Shown: positions 21,864 through 34,665, numbered from the whole stretch's first letter. The stretch is 54,310 bases of DNA, filler included, from Malassezia furfur (GCA_052055015.1; 2 parts of 2 records of this genome joined end to end with filler, not necessarily neighbours in it); one strand, 5' to 3'. Notes: generated from the letters alone by a model not told the origin. Translations and numbers: made by a program.

Positions 21864-24344
21864 CTAGTCGTCCGACCGCAGCGGCACCGGCGTCGACTCA
21901 CGCGATGATTCCCCACTCGACGGCCCTGCGCGCGGCGCCGTCATGAACGTCGCATCCGCATCGACGTCAGGCGTCGCATCCGCCGAGCGCTGGTCAAATT
22001 CGTCTGCGGTGTGCACGGACGAAGAGTCGGGCACATCGACCTGCATCTGCGATGGGTACCCAGCTTCGTCGTCCGTGTCATGCTCGCCATTGATACCAGG
22101 GGATGCGGTCTGCGACGGCGGCGCAGCGCCCGTATCACCCTCGTCTTTCGCCGGCTCGGCGTGCTCGGCACGCGCCTCACTAGGGGGCGCCGACGGGCTG
22201 TCGGTAGCCGAGTCGACCTGCATCTCGGCCTGCTCCGTTTGCTGCTGCTCCTTTTCGGCACGTTCGACCTCGGCCTGCTCTTGGGCTCGCTTCTCTTCGG
22301 CGCGCTTTTCCTCGGCGCGCTTTTCCTCGGCGCGCTTTTCCTCGGCGCGCTTTTCCTCGGCGCGCTTCTCCTCGGCGCGTTTCTCCTCGGCGCGCTTCTC
22401 TTCCGCGCGCTTCTCTTCGGCGCGCGCCTTGGCCTCGCGTTCTTCCTGCGCACGTTTCTCCTCCTCGAGCCGCTCCTGTTCCTTGGCCTCGGCGTCGCGC
22501 TGCGCTTTGTCCTGCTCTTCGTCGGCCTCATGCAGCGCCGGAGCCTCGAACACATCGCCCTGCTTCTCGGCCTGGATCGCCTTGAGCAGGCCAGGGATAT
22601 CGTCGATGCCCTCCATACACGCCAGCAGGCGCAGTTGGGACGCATCGATGCTCCGCAGCGCACGCCACGCCAAACTCTGCTTGGTGTTTTGGATGCGCAT
22701 CAACGTCTCGTCCTGCGCATCGTCGCCGACGGCGCTGCGCCGCTGCTTGGCGCGTTGCTCCTCCATGTGCATCGACCGGCTGAGCGACACGAGCGACGGC
22801 GGGGCCGGCGGCATCTCGAGGTCCTCGAGCCCGTCGGTTGCAAGCGTCTTGGTGTTGCCTTCCTCGTCGTGCACCTGCACTTCCGACGGCGCCGTGGGCT
22901 GGAAGCCGTCCTCCCACAGCATGCTGAGGGCGGGCGTCCCAAGCGCATAAGGGTACTGGGCAATACGCGCCTGGAATGCGGCGTGCTCCTTCTCGGCCGC
23001 CGCCTGCGCATCGAGGCGGTCGCCTGGCGTCTTTTCGAGCGTCGGCGCACTCGCCGCCTTCCACTGGATCCAGCTACTCTCGCGGCGCAGCACGGGGAGC
23101 AGCAGGGACAGATACTCGCGTCCGTCGTTGCCGGTGTCGCGCAGCTGCGTCTGCACATGCCGCCATGCACGCCGTGTCCATTTCTCGTCCGCCTCCGAGA
23201 GCGTGAATGGCGGGATGAGCAGCTTGTTCGCCCACGATGCGGTGCGCTCACGGCTCGTGTGCGAGCACCCCAGAAGGAACTGGAAGAGGATGAGGAACTG
23301 GGTGAGGATGTGCCGGCGGAATTGCGCATCGCTCAGCTCGTAGTCCAGCATGGCTTTGCCGGAGAGGTATTTTGGGAAAAACGTCGTGGCGTCTGCGTCG
23401 ATCCGCGCGCGCTTCGCGGGATGCGTATCGGCACGGTTGTACTTTTGCAGCACGGGCAGGACGCAGTCGGCCACCACTTGGAAGATGCGCATCGGCGCAT
23501 CGGTGGCCTCGCAGAGATGCATCGCGACGGCCGCCTCGGCGCCCGGCACCGTGACATGCTCGCCTTCTTCAAACAAACGCGCCGGGTTCGAAAAGAAGGC
23601 CTGCAGGCTCCAAAACAGGGTATAAAAGTGCGGGTCCGCGGCGTGGGCCTCTGCCGAGCGCGGCGCGTCGTCCGACTCGGTGTCGGGCGCGTCGACGGCT
23701 TCGATAGGCGTCTCGTTTTCGACATGGAATTCGCCTTTCAAGTTGACGCCGCTGCGCTCGTTGATGGGGAAGTGGGTAGAAAGGAACGTGAGGATCTGGC
23801 CGGCCAGCACCGCGTGCGGGCTATACGATTTGGACAGGCGGCGGAGCAGCTCGTTGCAGAGGCGCAGCACCACCAGCCCCTTGCCCGCATTCGCGACCAT
23901 GCCCTCGGTCAGTGGCTCAGCGCGCGACTGCATGTAGGCGAACAGCTCGGTGCATGCGGGAATGGTCGAGCGCTCCATCCACTCCTCCAGTGCCGCGGCC
24001 GGCAGCGATGTGTCGGTGATGCCGAGGCGCTGGAGCGCAAAGGCGACATCGAGGCGCGCTGCGACCCCCTGCACCGTGCCTTGGAGGGCAAAGGCGAGCA
24101 CCTTGGCGTGCACGGTCTGTGCGAGCACCTCTTCGTACAAGCTTGCGGCGCCGCTGTCGCGCTCCTTCGCGGCGCGGAGTGCGTCGCGCGCCGACTGGAC
24201 GATGTCGCTCAGCGGCTGCGCTTCGCGCGCGACACACGCGATTGCATCGTCCGGGTGTGCGTGTGCGACCGCCTGCAGCTGCGGCAAGTGCGTGTCGAGA
24301 GCCTGCGACACGGGCTCGACGGCCGCGCTCGGTGCGTCCGTCAT
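21864..24344 (-). CDS. HPR1: THO complex subunit 1 (THOC1/Hpr1)
   Basis: GKGLVVLRLCNELLRRLSK, FPINERSGVNLKGEF, FYTLFWSLQ, FFPKYL, WIQWK. Confidence 0.9.
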   Translation of the reverse strand: MTDAPSAAVEPVSQALDTHLPQLQAVAHAHPDDAIACVAREAQPLSDIVQSARDALRAAKERDSGAASLYEEVLAQTVHAKVLAFALQGTVQGVAARLDVAFALQRLGITDTSLPAAALEEWMERSTIPACTELFAYMQSRAEPLTEGMVANAGKGLVVLRLCNELLRRLSKSYSPHAVLAGQILTFLSTHFPINERSGVNLKGEFHVENETPIEAVDAPDTESDDAPRSAEAHAADPHFYTLFWSLQAFFSNPARLFEEGEHVTVPGAEAAVAMHLCEATDAPMRIFQVVADCVLPVLQKYNRADTHPAKRARIDADATTFFPKYLSGKAMLDYELSDAQFRRHILTQFLILFQFLLGCSHTSRERTASWANKLLIPPFTLSEADEKWTRRAWRHVQTQLRDTGNDGREYLSLLLPVLRRESSWIQWKAASAPTLEKTPGDRLDAQAAAEKEHAAFQARIAQYPYALGTPALSMLWEDGFQPTAPSEVQVHDEEGNTKTLATDGLEDLEMPPAPPSLVSLSRSMHMEEQRAKQRRSAVGDDAQDETLMRIQNTKQSLAWRALRSIDASQLRLLACMEGIDDIPGLLKAIQAEKQGDVFEAPALHEADEEQDKAQRDAEAKEQERLEEEKRAQEEREAKARAEEKRAEEKRAEEKRAEEKRAEEKRAEEKRAEEKRAEEKRAEEKRAQEQAEVERAEKEQQQTEQAEMQVDSATDSPSAPPSEARAEHAEPAKDEGDTGAAPPSQTASPGINGEHDTDDEAGYPSQMQVDVPDSSSVHTADEFDQRSADATPDVDADATFMTAPRAGPSSGESSRESTPVPLRSDD
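22284..22418 (-). repeat. 15-bp coding tandem repeat x9 encoding (EEKRA)9 in THOC1
   Basis: Nine consecutive units of plus-strand ggcgcgcttYtcYtc with synonymous variants. Confidence 0.95.
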
Positions 24345-24395
24345 GCTGGAACGACACGGACCACGTGACTTGCACCGTGACGCTTCTGGGCGACG

Positions 24396-24962
24396 ATGAG
24401 CGAGCGAGCCGAGCGGTATGCAGGCGACGGCGGCGCGGAGATGGATCTCGACGACGGTACGCACGCGCAACTCACCGTCCAGACCCCAGTGTGCGGCGGC
24501 GCGGGCGCGGCTTTGTCCCGGGCGCGTCCGAGGACCTGGATGGGGTGAAGTCGGGCGCGTTCGAGCGACTCGATACGTCGATGGACGACACCGAGGAGCG
24601 TGCGGCACGATGTACGTGACTTCGCTTACACAGCCGTCGAGGGCTGGATTGTTGTGGTGACGAATGTGCACGAAGAGGCGACCGAGGACGACGTGCTGGA
24701 CCTCTTTCTGGAATACGGCAAGGTGAAGGACCTGCACCTGAACCTCGATCGGCGCACGGGCTATGTCAAGGGCTATGCGCTGCTACAGTATGAAACACAA
24801 AACGAGGCGCACCAGGCGATTGAGGCGTGCAAGGCGGGCCTCACGCTGCTGGAGCAGCCGCTGAACGCGGATTATGCCTTCGTGCAGCCCCCGCGTGGAG
24901 CGGCGCCGCACGCTCGGCGCCGCGTCGAGCGCGCCCGCAGCCGCAGCCCGATGCGGTCCTAG
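24396..24962 (+). CDS. RBM8A: Exon junction complex subunit Y14; 3 exons
   Basis: [44 protein letters not shown]. Introns 24457-24482 (26 nt) and 24612-24633 (22 nt). Confidence 0.95.
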
Positions 24963-25090
24963 GCCCGATATGTAATGCACGTGACTTTTTTCTTTTTTTC
25001 CCACGGCGGCCCATATTAAGTGGTCGGGGGGCACCACGGCTTGTTTCCTTACTTGCTTGGCCCAGCAGTGCGTAGAGACCTCCTGTGTGA

Positions 25091-25615
<525 letters not shown>

Positions 25616-25780
25616 GCGCCTAGTCGTAGCTCGATAGCTTGTCGATTGTGCGGTCCACCCAATGTGCCAGTCTGTCTTTTGTAGGGCGAGGCAAACAAAA
25701 AAAAAGAAGTACTGGTAGAGTACATGGTATCTATGCTCCCGCCCCCCCTGGCATACGGCGTGGCGCGTTGTGCCGTGGGA

Positions 25781-27233
25781 TCAGGGCGGGATTTCGTGGG
25801 GCAGCAAATCGAAATAGGGATGGTGCAGTGCCTCTTGCATGGTGATCCGCTTGTTCGGGTCGAACTCGAGTAACCGGCGGAGCAGCGAGACGAAGCGCTG
25901 GTTGTGCTTGGCGTACGACGCATGCGGCACCACAATGTCTTGCAGCGACTTCATGTTTTGCACGTACCGCCGGCTCTGCTTGCTCGTGTCCGGCTTGGGG
26001 TAGTCGAGGTGCCCGCTGCGGAAGTACTCGGGCTTGTACGTCTCGGCCTTGCGGCGGTAGTCGTCCGGGAGCGTGCCGAGCACCCGCTCCATCATGGCGA
26101 GGTGCTCGAGGTTGTCGTGCGTCTGGAACAAAGCATCGCCCGTGAAGAACTCGACGAGGATGCACCCCAGCGACCACGCATCGCAGGGATACGACCAGCC
26201 CATCCCCAGGATGATCTCGGGCGCGCGGTAGTGTCGCGTCGAGACGACGCCCGAGTGGTACTCGTCGTTGAACGTCGCGCTGCCAAAGTCGATGAGGCGG
26301 ATATCGTCGTTGCGGAGCACGCGCTTCTTGCGCGCGTGCGCACTGCGCGACGTCGGCACGACGTCGAACGACGCGTCGACGAGCAGCACGTTCTCGGGCT
26401 TGAGGTCTGTGTGGATCAGTGTGAGCGAGTGCAGAAACGCCACACTCTTGAACAGCTGCTTGGCAAAGTGCCAGATGTTGCGGCACGGGAACGGCTCAAA
26501 GTGGTTGTCCTTGAGGAAGTCGAACACGCTGCGGTCCAGCAGGTCCGACACAATGCACACGTGGTTGCGGAAGTCGAACGTCTCGAGCAGCTGCACGCAC
26601 TGGAACTCGTTCGTCGGGTCGTTCTGCCGCAGGCACTGCAGCACGCGGATCTCGATTTGGCTCGCGTCGCGGTACTTTTGCACGGCGCGGATCACCTTGA
26701 TCGCCACAAAGCGCTGCATCTTGCGGTCGTAGCAGTTGACCACCTTGCCGAACGTGCCCTGCCCAAGCAGCCCGCGGATCTGGTAGCGCGGCGTGATTTG
26801 GTCACCCTCGCGCACGATAAAGTGGCCGTCCTTGTCGTCCACGGCCTCGGTCGGCGCGGCGTCGGGCGCGTACCACGCGGCGCCCTGCTTCTCGTAGTAC
26901 GGCCGCGGCCGGCTCGCGCTCGGCGCCGCGTACGGCGCCAGGTAGTCTTGCTTCTTGGACGCGCGCGTCATCAGCATCGCATTGTCCAGCGACGGCGGCG
27001 CACCCGGCGTCGTGGGCGCGGTCGTGGGCGCCGTCGAGGGCATGGGCGGCGCGGCATGGTGCAGCACGCTGTTCGCAAGGTTGTTGGCGTGCGCCGCCGA
27101 CGCATTCCCGGCGTACAGCGGCGAGTAGGGCGTAGGGACCCCATAGTGCGGCGTCGGTGGCACACCGACGTACCCGTACTCGGCGTCCGGCGCGGGCGCG
27201 GGCGGCGCGGCGCCGCGCCCCCCCTGCGCGTGC
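25781..27233 (-). CDS. LKH1: LAMMER/CLK dual-specificity kinase (5' end lost in gap)
   Basis: GQGTFGKV, HTDLKPEN, IDFGSAT, TRHYRAPE, EHLAMMERVLG. Confidence 0.95.
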
Positions 27234-27333
27234 NNNNNNNNNNNNNNNNNNNNNNNNNNNNNNNNNNNNNNNNNNNNTTAATTAATTAANNNNNNNNNNN
27301 NNNNNNNNNNNNNNNNNNNNNNNNNNNNNNNNN
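27234..27333. other. Assembly gap with artificial all-frame-stop linker
   Basis: 44 N + TTAATTAATTAA + 44 N, exactly 100 nt. Confidence 0.97.
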
Positions 27334-29699
27334 CCGCACACAGCGCCGCCGGCCGCGTCGGCGCCCACGCCGGTGCCTGCGCGACCCGGCGCGAGCCCGA
27401 CCCCTGACGAAGAGACCGGGCCCGGCAAACGCCACCGGCGGCCGAGCACCATGTACCGCCCGCCCGAGGCGCTGACGTCGACGGCCGACGTCAAAAAGAC
27501 GCCGTCACCCCCCGTCACCAGCACCACGCCGCGTGCGCGGCCCGCAGTGCGCCACAAGAGCCCCGCGTCCAGCACGCGTGCGCCACGGCGATCCGAAGAC
27601 CGTACAGAGACGTCGGCGTGGCCGCCGACGCCCGTCGAGCGCACAGCAGAGCATGCGCCAGTGACCGCGCCCGTCGCATACGCGGCGCTCGAGCGCGTCC
27701 CTGCGACGTTTACGCGGCACGGCGAGCGCATTGTGCCGCCGCCGCGGCGCGCGCCGACCGATGCGCCGCGCCGCAGCGACATGTCGGGCATCTTGTCGCC
27801 CAAGCCCGTGCGGACAGCAACGGGTGTGTGGCGTCCGGCGCCGACGCTGCCGCTCGCAGGGTACGACGCAGAGGATGACGACGACGACGACGATGACGAC
27901 GACGACGATGCAGTCGTCTCTCACGTGGTGCAGCGCAGCGCACACCTCGCGCACGAGGCGTGGGCCATGGCCGTGCTGGGCACTGCGCCCAAGCGGCCGG
28001 GCGATGCGCTGCCGTATGCGCCGAGCAATGCGCCGTCGAACGAGTCGGACGGCGAGGAGGATGACTTCCACAAGACGATGCTGCACGACCCCGAGCTGGA
28101 CGTGCTGGCTCGTGTGCCCTCGCCGTGGCACAGCGTGAGCGACGTGGGCGACAGCATGCTGACCGACGGGCACACGACGACCCCCTCGTCGCTCACGACC
28201 GACGCGACGCCCGGCGACGTGCCGCGCACGCGCTCGCCGTCCGCAAAGCTGCCCGGCACCGAGGCGGCGAGCGACGCCGTGTTCCAGCACGCTTTGCCGC
28301 TGCCGCGCAGCGCCGAAGCACACACGCACGCAGGGGCCCTGACGCTCTCGCTGCCGTACGAGCTGTGTGCGGTGCCGCATGCGGCCGTGACGCCGCCCGC
28401 GGCGCCCGTCGGCGAGCTCGACGCGGACGGCGACACACCGCTCACCCCCGTGCACACCGTCACGGCGCAGGAGCGCAGCGAGCGCGCCGTGGGCGAAAAC
28501 GGCGCGCGTGGTGTATCGCCCGCCGAATCGCTCGCGGCGGCGCTCGTGCCCGGCACGCTGCCGTCTGCCGACGCGGCGCCGCCCGCGCTCGCGACGGACG
28601 TGCCGAGCTCGCCGTTCAGCTGTGCGTCGCCCTTGTTTGACGACGCGTCGACGACCACCTCGGGCTCGTCGCCGGCAGACGCCACACTGCACTACTCGCT
28701 CGCGACGGCCGCCAAGGCCGACGACGACGATGCGTACTTTGCGTCGCCCGACGAAATGATCACGCTCACGGACCTCGACTCGGCGTGGGACTCGGCGCAT
28801 CTGCGCGACACCGACGCGCCTCCACGCGCGGCGCGTGCGGCCGCGGCGCCGGCCGCAACCGCACCGGCACGCCCGCCTTCGGTGTGGTCCGCACGCTTCG
28901 CGGCGGTGCGTGACGCCGTCGCCGACACGGTGCGCGATATGCCGCGTGTGTCGGTGTCGCTCGTCGTGACGACCGCCGCGTTTGTGATCTCGATTGTGAT
29001 GCCGAGCCTGCTGGCGCTGCTGCTGATCCCTGTCCTCTTCTCGTTCTGGGTGCCGCAGATCGTGCACAATGTGCGCGTGCGTGCGTCTGGCGTGCGTGCG
29101 TCGACGGCCGTCGGCATGACGCTCACGCGCTTCTACCTTCCGCTGTGTACGTTTGCGCACCTGACCCAGACCTGTTTTGGTACCGGCACAATCTGCTGTT
29201 CTTTGAGCGCACGCACATCGTGTGGCTGCTGATCGTGTGGCTCGTGGTGCAGATGCTTGTGCTCGTGGGGCAGGACACGATCGGCCCGCTCTTTTTTGTG
29301 CCGCGCGCATGGCGCGAGCGCGAGGCGCAGTGGGACTGGCACCCGACGCCCGAGGCGCTGCACCGCCTGCTGCGCGACGCCGACGACGTCGAGGTGCCGG
29401 CGGTGCGCGACGCGCGCGACATGCCGCTGGGCGACTGCCCCGTGTGCCTTGCGCCGAACTCGTGGGACGCCGAGGAGACGGACGACGCCGAGGATGCGCA
29501 CCTGCTCGGCGGCGCGTCGGCGCGCGGCACATGGTGGCCGTGGGCGCGGCGGCGTCCGGCGCGCAGCAACGTGATGGTCACGCCGTGCAAGCACATCTTC
29601 CACACGGCGTGCCTCGAGCCGTGGATGCACATCCGGCACGTGTGCCCCAGCTGCCGGCTGCCGCTGCCGCCGTACGAGGAAGGGGAGCGTCGTGGGTAG
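27334..29699 (+). CDS. 5'-partial ORF: long low-complexity region joined to the C-terminal TM + RING-H2 part of a Tul1/Dsc1-type ubiquitin ligase
   Basis: SFWVPQIVHNVR, TRFYLPL|Y, QDTIGPLFFVP, DCPVCL...VMVTPCKHIFHTACLEPWM...CPSCR; 23-nt intron 29147-29169. Confidence 0.75.
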
Positions 29700-29723
29700 T
29701 ATCCTACAGAGCACGTCGATGCG

Positions 29724-32700
29724 CTACGGACCGAGCGAGCCCATTGGCCCGTACGTGTCAAAGTTGGGCACCGTCGGAGGGGCGTTTTGCTGGTTGTTCG
29801 CGTTGGTATAGTAGGTGCTGTTAGGCATCGGCATCACGTTGGGCGGGCGCACGGCGCCGCCCGGCCCCACGCCCGAGCGGTCGCCCGTGTTGCTCGCCTG
29901 GTACTTGGGGCACGCGTTGTTGGTGGCCATGTGGCCGACCATGCCGCAGCGGCCGCAGCGGCGCTTGGTGTTGGTCTTGTTCGGCATGTTCTTGTAGCCG
30001 CCAATGAGGCCCTCGGCGGCGGCCTTGGCGTTCTTGCGCTGCAGCCGGCGCCCCTGGTTCTTGACGAGCGCCGCGATGTCGTCCTCGAGGCGCTTCTTGC
30101 GCAGCGCATCGAGCGCCGCATCGCCCGTCGGCACGAGCGACTCGGTCATGATGCTCTGCTCCTCGATCTCCTTGCGCTGCTTGACGTACGCATTGACCAC
30201 CGCGGGGTTGCGCACAATGTGCTTGTACCACACGCCGTTGATCAGGCGCTTGACGAGCAGCGGCTTCGACGACTTCTGCTCCGCGAGCTTGTGCCGCCGC
30301 TCCTCCTCGCGCCACTCATGCTCCTCGCGCGCGGTGATATCCGGCGGGACGGGGTTCGAGAGCGCGGCGAGCTGCGCCTTCCAGATGCGCGCAATCTCGG
30401 AGCGGTAGATCGCCTGCTGCTCGGCGACATTGTACCGGTGGCCCGACTTGGCGCGCGCCTCGGCCTCGGCCGCGAGGCGCTCGTCGACGTCCTCGCCGGC
30501 GCGCAAGAAGATCTCCTTCATCGACACACGCACAAAGCTGAACGCCTCGCCGCGCCCACTCGGGTCGCCGTCGCCGTGCAGCTTGAGCATCGCCTTGCCC
30601 TGCGTCGCGTGCAAGAAGTTCTTGCTCGTGATCCACGGCGCGAGCAGCTGCTCGATGTCCATCTTGGTCTCGTCGCTGTCGTCGTCGTGGCCCTCGGCGG
30701 TCTTGGTGAAGCCCGCGTCGAGCAGGTGGCGCTGGCCGACCTGCATGCCCTCGACGAGGCAGATGTGCTCGGGCGTAAGCAGTTTCTGCAGCTCGGCCTC
30801 GTCCGGGATCGGCACGTTGGGCTTGAGCCGCCAGAAGCCCTGGTGCTTGTCGCCCGACTTGCGGTGGAACACCATGAATTCCTGCGGTCAGTGGGGGGCA
30901 TACGCACATTGAGACGCTGGCGCATCTGCAGCTCGTTGTGGTCGGGGAAGTACTTCATCACGCGGTGGATCTTGATGCGGTGCGCCGCACTCTTCTCCAG
31001 CAGCTTGTACGTGATCATCCGCAGGCGGTGCTTGACGTTGTTCGTCACCAAGCGCGCATGCGGGCCGGGGATCGGCGTCGTGGGGTACGTCTGGCCCACG
31101 GTGAACAGGTAGGGGATGTCGCGGATGTAGTAGCGCACGTCGTTCTTGGTCGTGCTCCGGATAAACAGAAAGTCGTTCGACTGCGGCTTGTGCCGGAAGA
31201 GCGGCGCGCGCGTCATGTTGTTGTACAGCACCAGCTGCGTCTGCCCCGGCTCGACGCTGCCAAACTTCATGAACGGCGACTCGTCGGTGATGTCCAGCAC
31301 AAACGCCTCGCCGAGCTCCGCGCGCGGGATGTGGTCGTCCTTGCTGTCCTTCTTGCGGTAGTAGTTCACCAGCAGCGAGCCCATGCCGAGGTTCGACAGC
31401 AGCGGGGGGTACTCTTCCGAGTACTCACACAGCACAAAGTTGCTCGCGTCCTTCAGCGTCAGGTCGCGCGTGCTGTGCAGCACCTCGCTCGGGTCCTTCG
31501 ACTTGCGCTCGCCGTCCTTCTTGCGCGCCGAGTGCACCTTGGAGAAGTGGATCGGCATGTTCGACGGGAACTGGATCATGGGGCGGTGCCACGAGCGCGT
31601 CTCGTTCTTCGCGAGGCGCATCTTGTAGAACGGCAGCTGCAGCTTGATCGCTGGCCACGCATGGCGCACCACCAGCTGCCCGAGCGTCTGCCGCACGCGG
31701 TGGCGGTGCTCCTTGCTCAGCTCGTACATCCGGTCGTTCGACAGGTTGAACGGATCGAGCTCGCCCGTGTACTTGCTCGATTTGAGCAGGTTCGGCGGCG
31801 CGTCTGCGCGCAGCAGCGACACCTGCTTCTCCTCTTGCACCTGCTCGCTCTCGAGGATCATCTCCGCGTCGTTCATGTCCATGATCAGCCGGTCAAACGG
31901 ACGGAAGCGCGACACGGGGTTCCAGATGATGCTCTCGAAAAAGTACTGCCCATTCGCAAGCTCCGCATTGCGCGGGCGGCTCACGTCCTCCAGCCGCGGG
32001 ATGTGCTCGTCGACCAGCGGCGGCGCAGCGTGCGCACGCTGCGGATCGTACGGCACAATCCGCCGCTCCCAGTCGTCCACCTCGACATTGTTCACCACGC
32101 GCCCGGGGCGCTCGTGCGCGCGGTCCGTGTGGTCGTCGTCAAACTGCACCGCACACTTTTCCAGCGTCTCGCGCGCGCGGCCCGTCTCAAAGCACGAGCG
32201 CGCAAGCCGCGCGGCAAGCGGCGGCGCAGCGGGCGGCGCAGGCGCTGCGTGCCGGCTCACGAGCTGTTCGTGCCCGCTCGGCGGCGGCGCACTCAGCACG
32301 CCGGGCGCCGCCTGCACCTCGGGTAGCTTGCCGAGCAGCCGCCGCCGCTTCTGCGACGGCGTCACAAACAGCTCGGTATAGTCCAGCACCTTGCCTGGTG
32401 CAAAGTCGGGGAACAGGCGCCGCGCCTCCTCGCGCGGCGACAGCACGGGCGACTTGGGACGCGGCACCGCCTCGACGGCCTCGGGCGCGGGCGGCGCAGC
32501 GGGCGCTGCGGGCGCAGGCGCCGCCTCGTCCTCGTCCTCGTCGGCAAAGTCGTCGTCCTCGCCACGGATCTTGTGCGCCATGTGCCGCAGCGGACGCGCA
32601 CTCGGCGCCGCGGGGCGCGCGGGCTCGTCCGCGTCCGACGCCGCCTCCTCGTCCGGCGCATCGTCCGCGCCGTCGTCCTCAAAGTCGTCGCGGTAGATCT

Positions 32701-32857
32701 CGTCTTTTTTCAAGACTTGCGCACTCGCGTCTTTTTTGCCACCCAGACCGATGCGGCGCAGGTCGGATTCACCCCCTACGACACCCAGATCCTCGAGGAC
32801 CTGCCCTAGGGCAAGCCCCTCGAGGTGCGACACGGTGTCGTCGTGCTCCGCGTCCAT
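29724..32857 (-). CDS. TAF1: TFIID subunit 1; 2 exons
   Basis: FNLSND..Y, EYSEEYP, YYRKK, QMRQRLN|EFM, LAPWITSKNF, GDPSGRGEAFSF, CGRCGMVGH zinc knuckle; 26-nt intron 30882-30907. Confidence 0.95.
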
Positions 32858-32895
32858 CGCGATGGTGGCGGCGGAACGGCGTCGGTGCCACGTGG

Positions 32896-33954
32896 CTATA
32901 TACGGAACAGGCGCGCCGCGTTGCGGAGCGCGTGCTCGGCCAGCTCGGCGAGGCGCACATTGTGCACGCGCGCAACGACAGCGGCCACCTCGCCGATGCA
33001 GCACGGCTCGTTGCGCCCTTTGACGGCACTTGTAGCATTCCAGCGCTCGGGCTTCGCGCGCGGCGGCGAGTACAGCGCGGCGAGCTGCGGCTCCTCGCGC
33101 CGGAACTGCTCCAAGAGTGGCGCAGACGCGTGCGTCGCGCGCAAGTCGCACCACGGCGCGTCTGAAATAAGCCACACCACGTACCTGTTTCGAGCATGAT
33201 GCGGTGCAGCGGGATCTGCCGCACCACCTCGAGGTTCTCGGCGGTCTTGAGCGAGCACCCATTCACGCCGACAAACAGGCCGAGCGACAGCAGCTCACGC
33301 AGCTCGTCGGCCGTGCCCGTGAAGCTGTGTACTACACCCACACACCCCGGCTCCTCGGCATTCGGCTCGCCACTGACCCCGCCGTTGCGGCGCAGCGCCG
33401 CCAGGTGGGGCCACAGCACCCGCACAAAGTCGGCATGCGCCGCGCGCGAGTGCAGAAAGAGCGGCAGGCGCGTCGCCTCAGCGAGCGTGAGCTGGGCATC
33501 AAACGCAGTTTTTTGGGCATCGGCAGGTGCAAAGTGCAGGCGGTCGTAGTCTGTGTGAGCCAGCGCACCTACCGAGTCCACACTCGCCGATCGCTACGAT
33601 CCGTCCGTCGTTCGTCCCAGGACGGTGGGCATCGACGAGCGCCTGCAGCGCGGCCATGTACGCGGAGGTCCCCCCCTCATACGAGGTCATCTCAGTGCTT
33701 CGCGTCGGGTGGCACCCCGCCGTTGCGTACAGGTTCGGCCGCAGCTGCGTGAGACGCAGCACCTCGTTCGTCTCGGCAAGCGAGCCGGCCGTGATGATCT
33801 GTGCACGCACCCCGGCGCGCTCAGCACGGTCAAGGACGTGCGCAAGGTCATCTGGGTGCTTCTCTTTGTCATGGTACATGCCGCGGAACATGGGGTCGCC
33901 CAAGTTCACGGCGATCTCGACATACGCCGGCACCGGCGCTGGCGCTTCGGCCAT
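32896..33954 (-). CDS. TatD-family nuclease; 3 exons
   Basis: IAVNL.DPMFRG.Y, TAGCHPT, IGECGL|DYDR, LFLHSR, VVHSFTG, LET|DAPWC, KGRNEP. Introns 33551-33572 (22 nt) and 33162-33184 (23 nt). Confidence 0.93.
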
Positions 33955-33999
33955 CTTGGTCCAAGCGAAGGCCTCCACTTGTTGCCCCGCACCCCCACT

Positions 34000-34665
34000 A
34001 TGCCGAACCGCGTGCAGCTGTATTTTGACTGTGTGTCGCCGTGGTCGTACATTGCGTTCCATGCACTGCGGCGCTACCGCAAGGCGTGGGACATGCACAT
34101 CGAGTACTTCCCCCGCAGTCTCGCCTATATTATGAAGTTTGCCGAGAACCGCCCGCCCGTCGCCGTCGCCAACAAGGGGGCGCACATGATGCAGGAGCTG
34201 CGGGTCGCAAGCCGCATGTACAACGTGCCGGTACAGATGCCGAACAGCTTCCCGTTCGAGACGTTTGCATTGATGGGATTCCTGCACAAGGTCAAGGAGC
34301 TGTACCCCGAGAAGCTCGAACACCTCGTGGAGCAGAGCTTCGCGACCATCTGGCGCGACGGACGCCCGCTGCAGAACGCCGACCAGATCCGCGCCATGGC
34401 GGCCCAGTCATTTGCGCAAAATGAGGGGGCGCTCACGGAGCTGCTGGAGTATGCGACGTCGCGAGATGCGCGCCGCGCACTGAGTGCCGCGAGCCAGGAG
34501 CTTGTGGACGAGGGCGCGTTTGGGTTCCCGTGGATCGTTGCGTCGCGCGCGAGCGACAGCGAGGAAATGCCCGTGTTTGGCGTGGACCACCTCGAGGTAC
34601 TTGCGGCCTTTTTCCACAAGGCGTACCTGGGCCCCCAGGCCGACGGCCAGACGCCGCGCCTGTGA
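34000..34665 (+). CDS. Glutathione S-transferase kappa / DSBA-like protein
   Basis: YFDCVSPWSY, GAFGFPW, FGVDHL. Confidence 0.88.
   Translation: MPNRVQLYFDCVSPWSYIAFHALRRYRKAWDMHIEYFPRSLAYIMKFAENRPPVAVANKGAHMMQELRVASRMYNVPVQMPNSFPFETFALMGFLHKVKELYPEKLEHLVEQSFATIWRDGRPLQNADQIRAMAAQSFAQNEGALTELLEYATSRDARRALSAASQELVDEGAFGFPWIVASRASDSEEMPVFGVDHLEVLAAFFHKAYLGPQADGQTPRL

Noticed and set aside
22284..22418. Regular repeat as a CRISPR array or mobile element
   Set aside because: No spacers, in-frame coding repeat, eukaryotic context.
27234..27333. Palindromic TTAATTAATTAA between N runs
   Set aside because: Artificial six-frame-stop contig linker. Both flanking genes lack their 5' ends, so the true gap exceeds 100 nt and adjacency is unverified.
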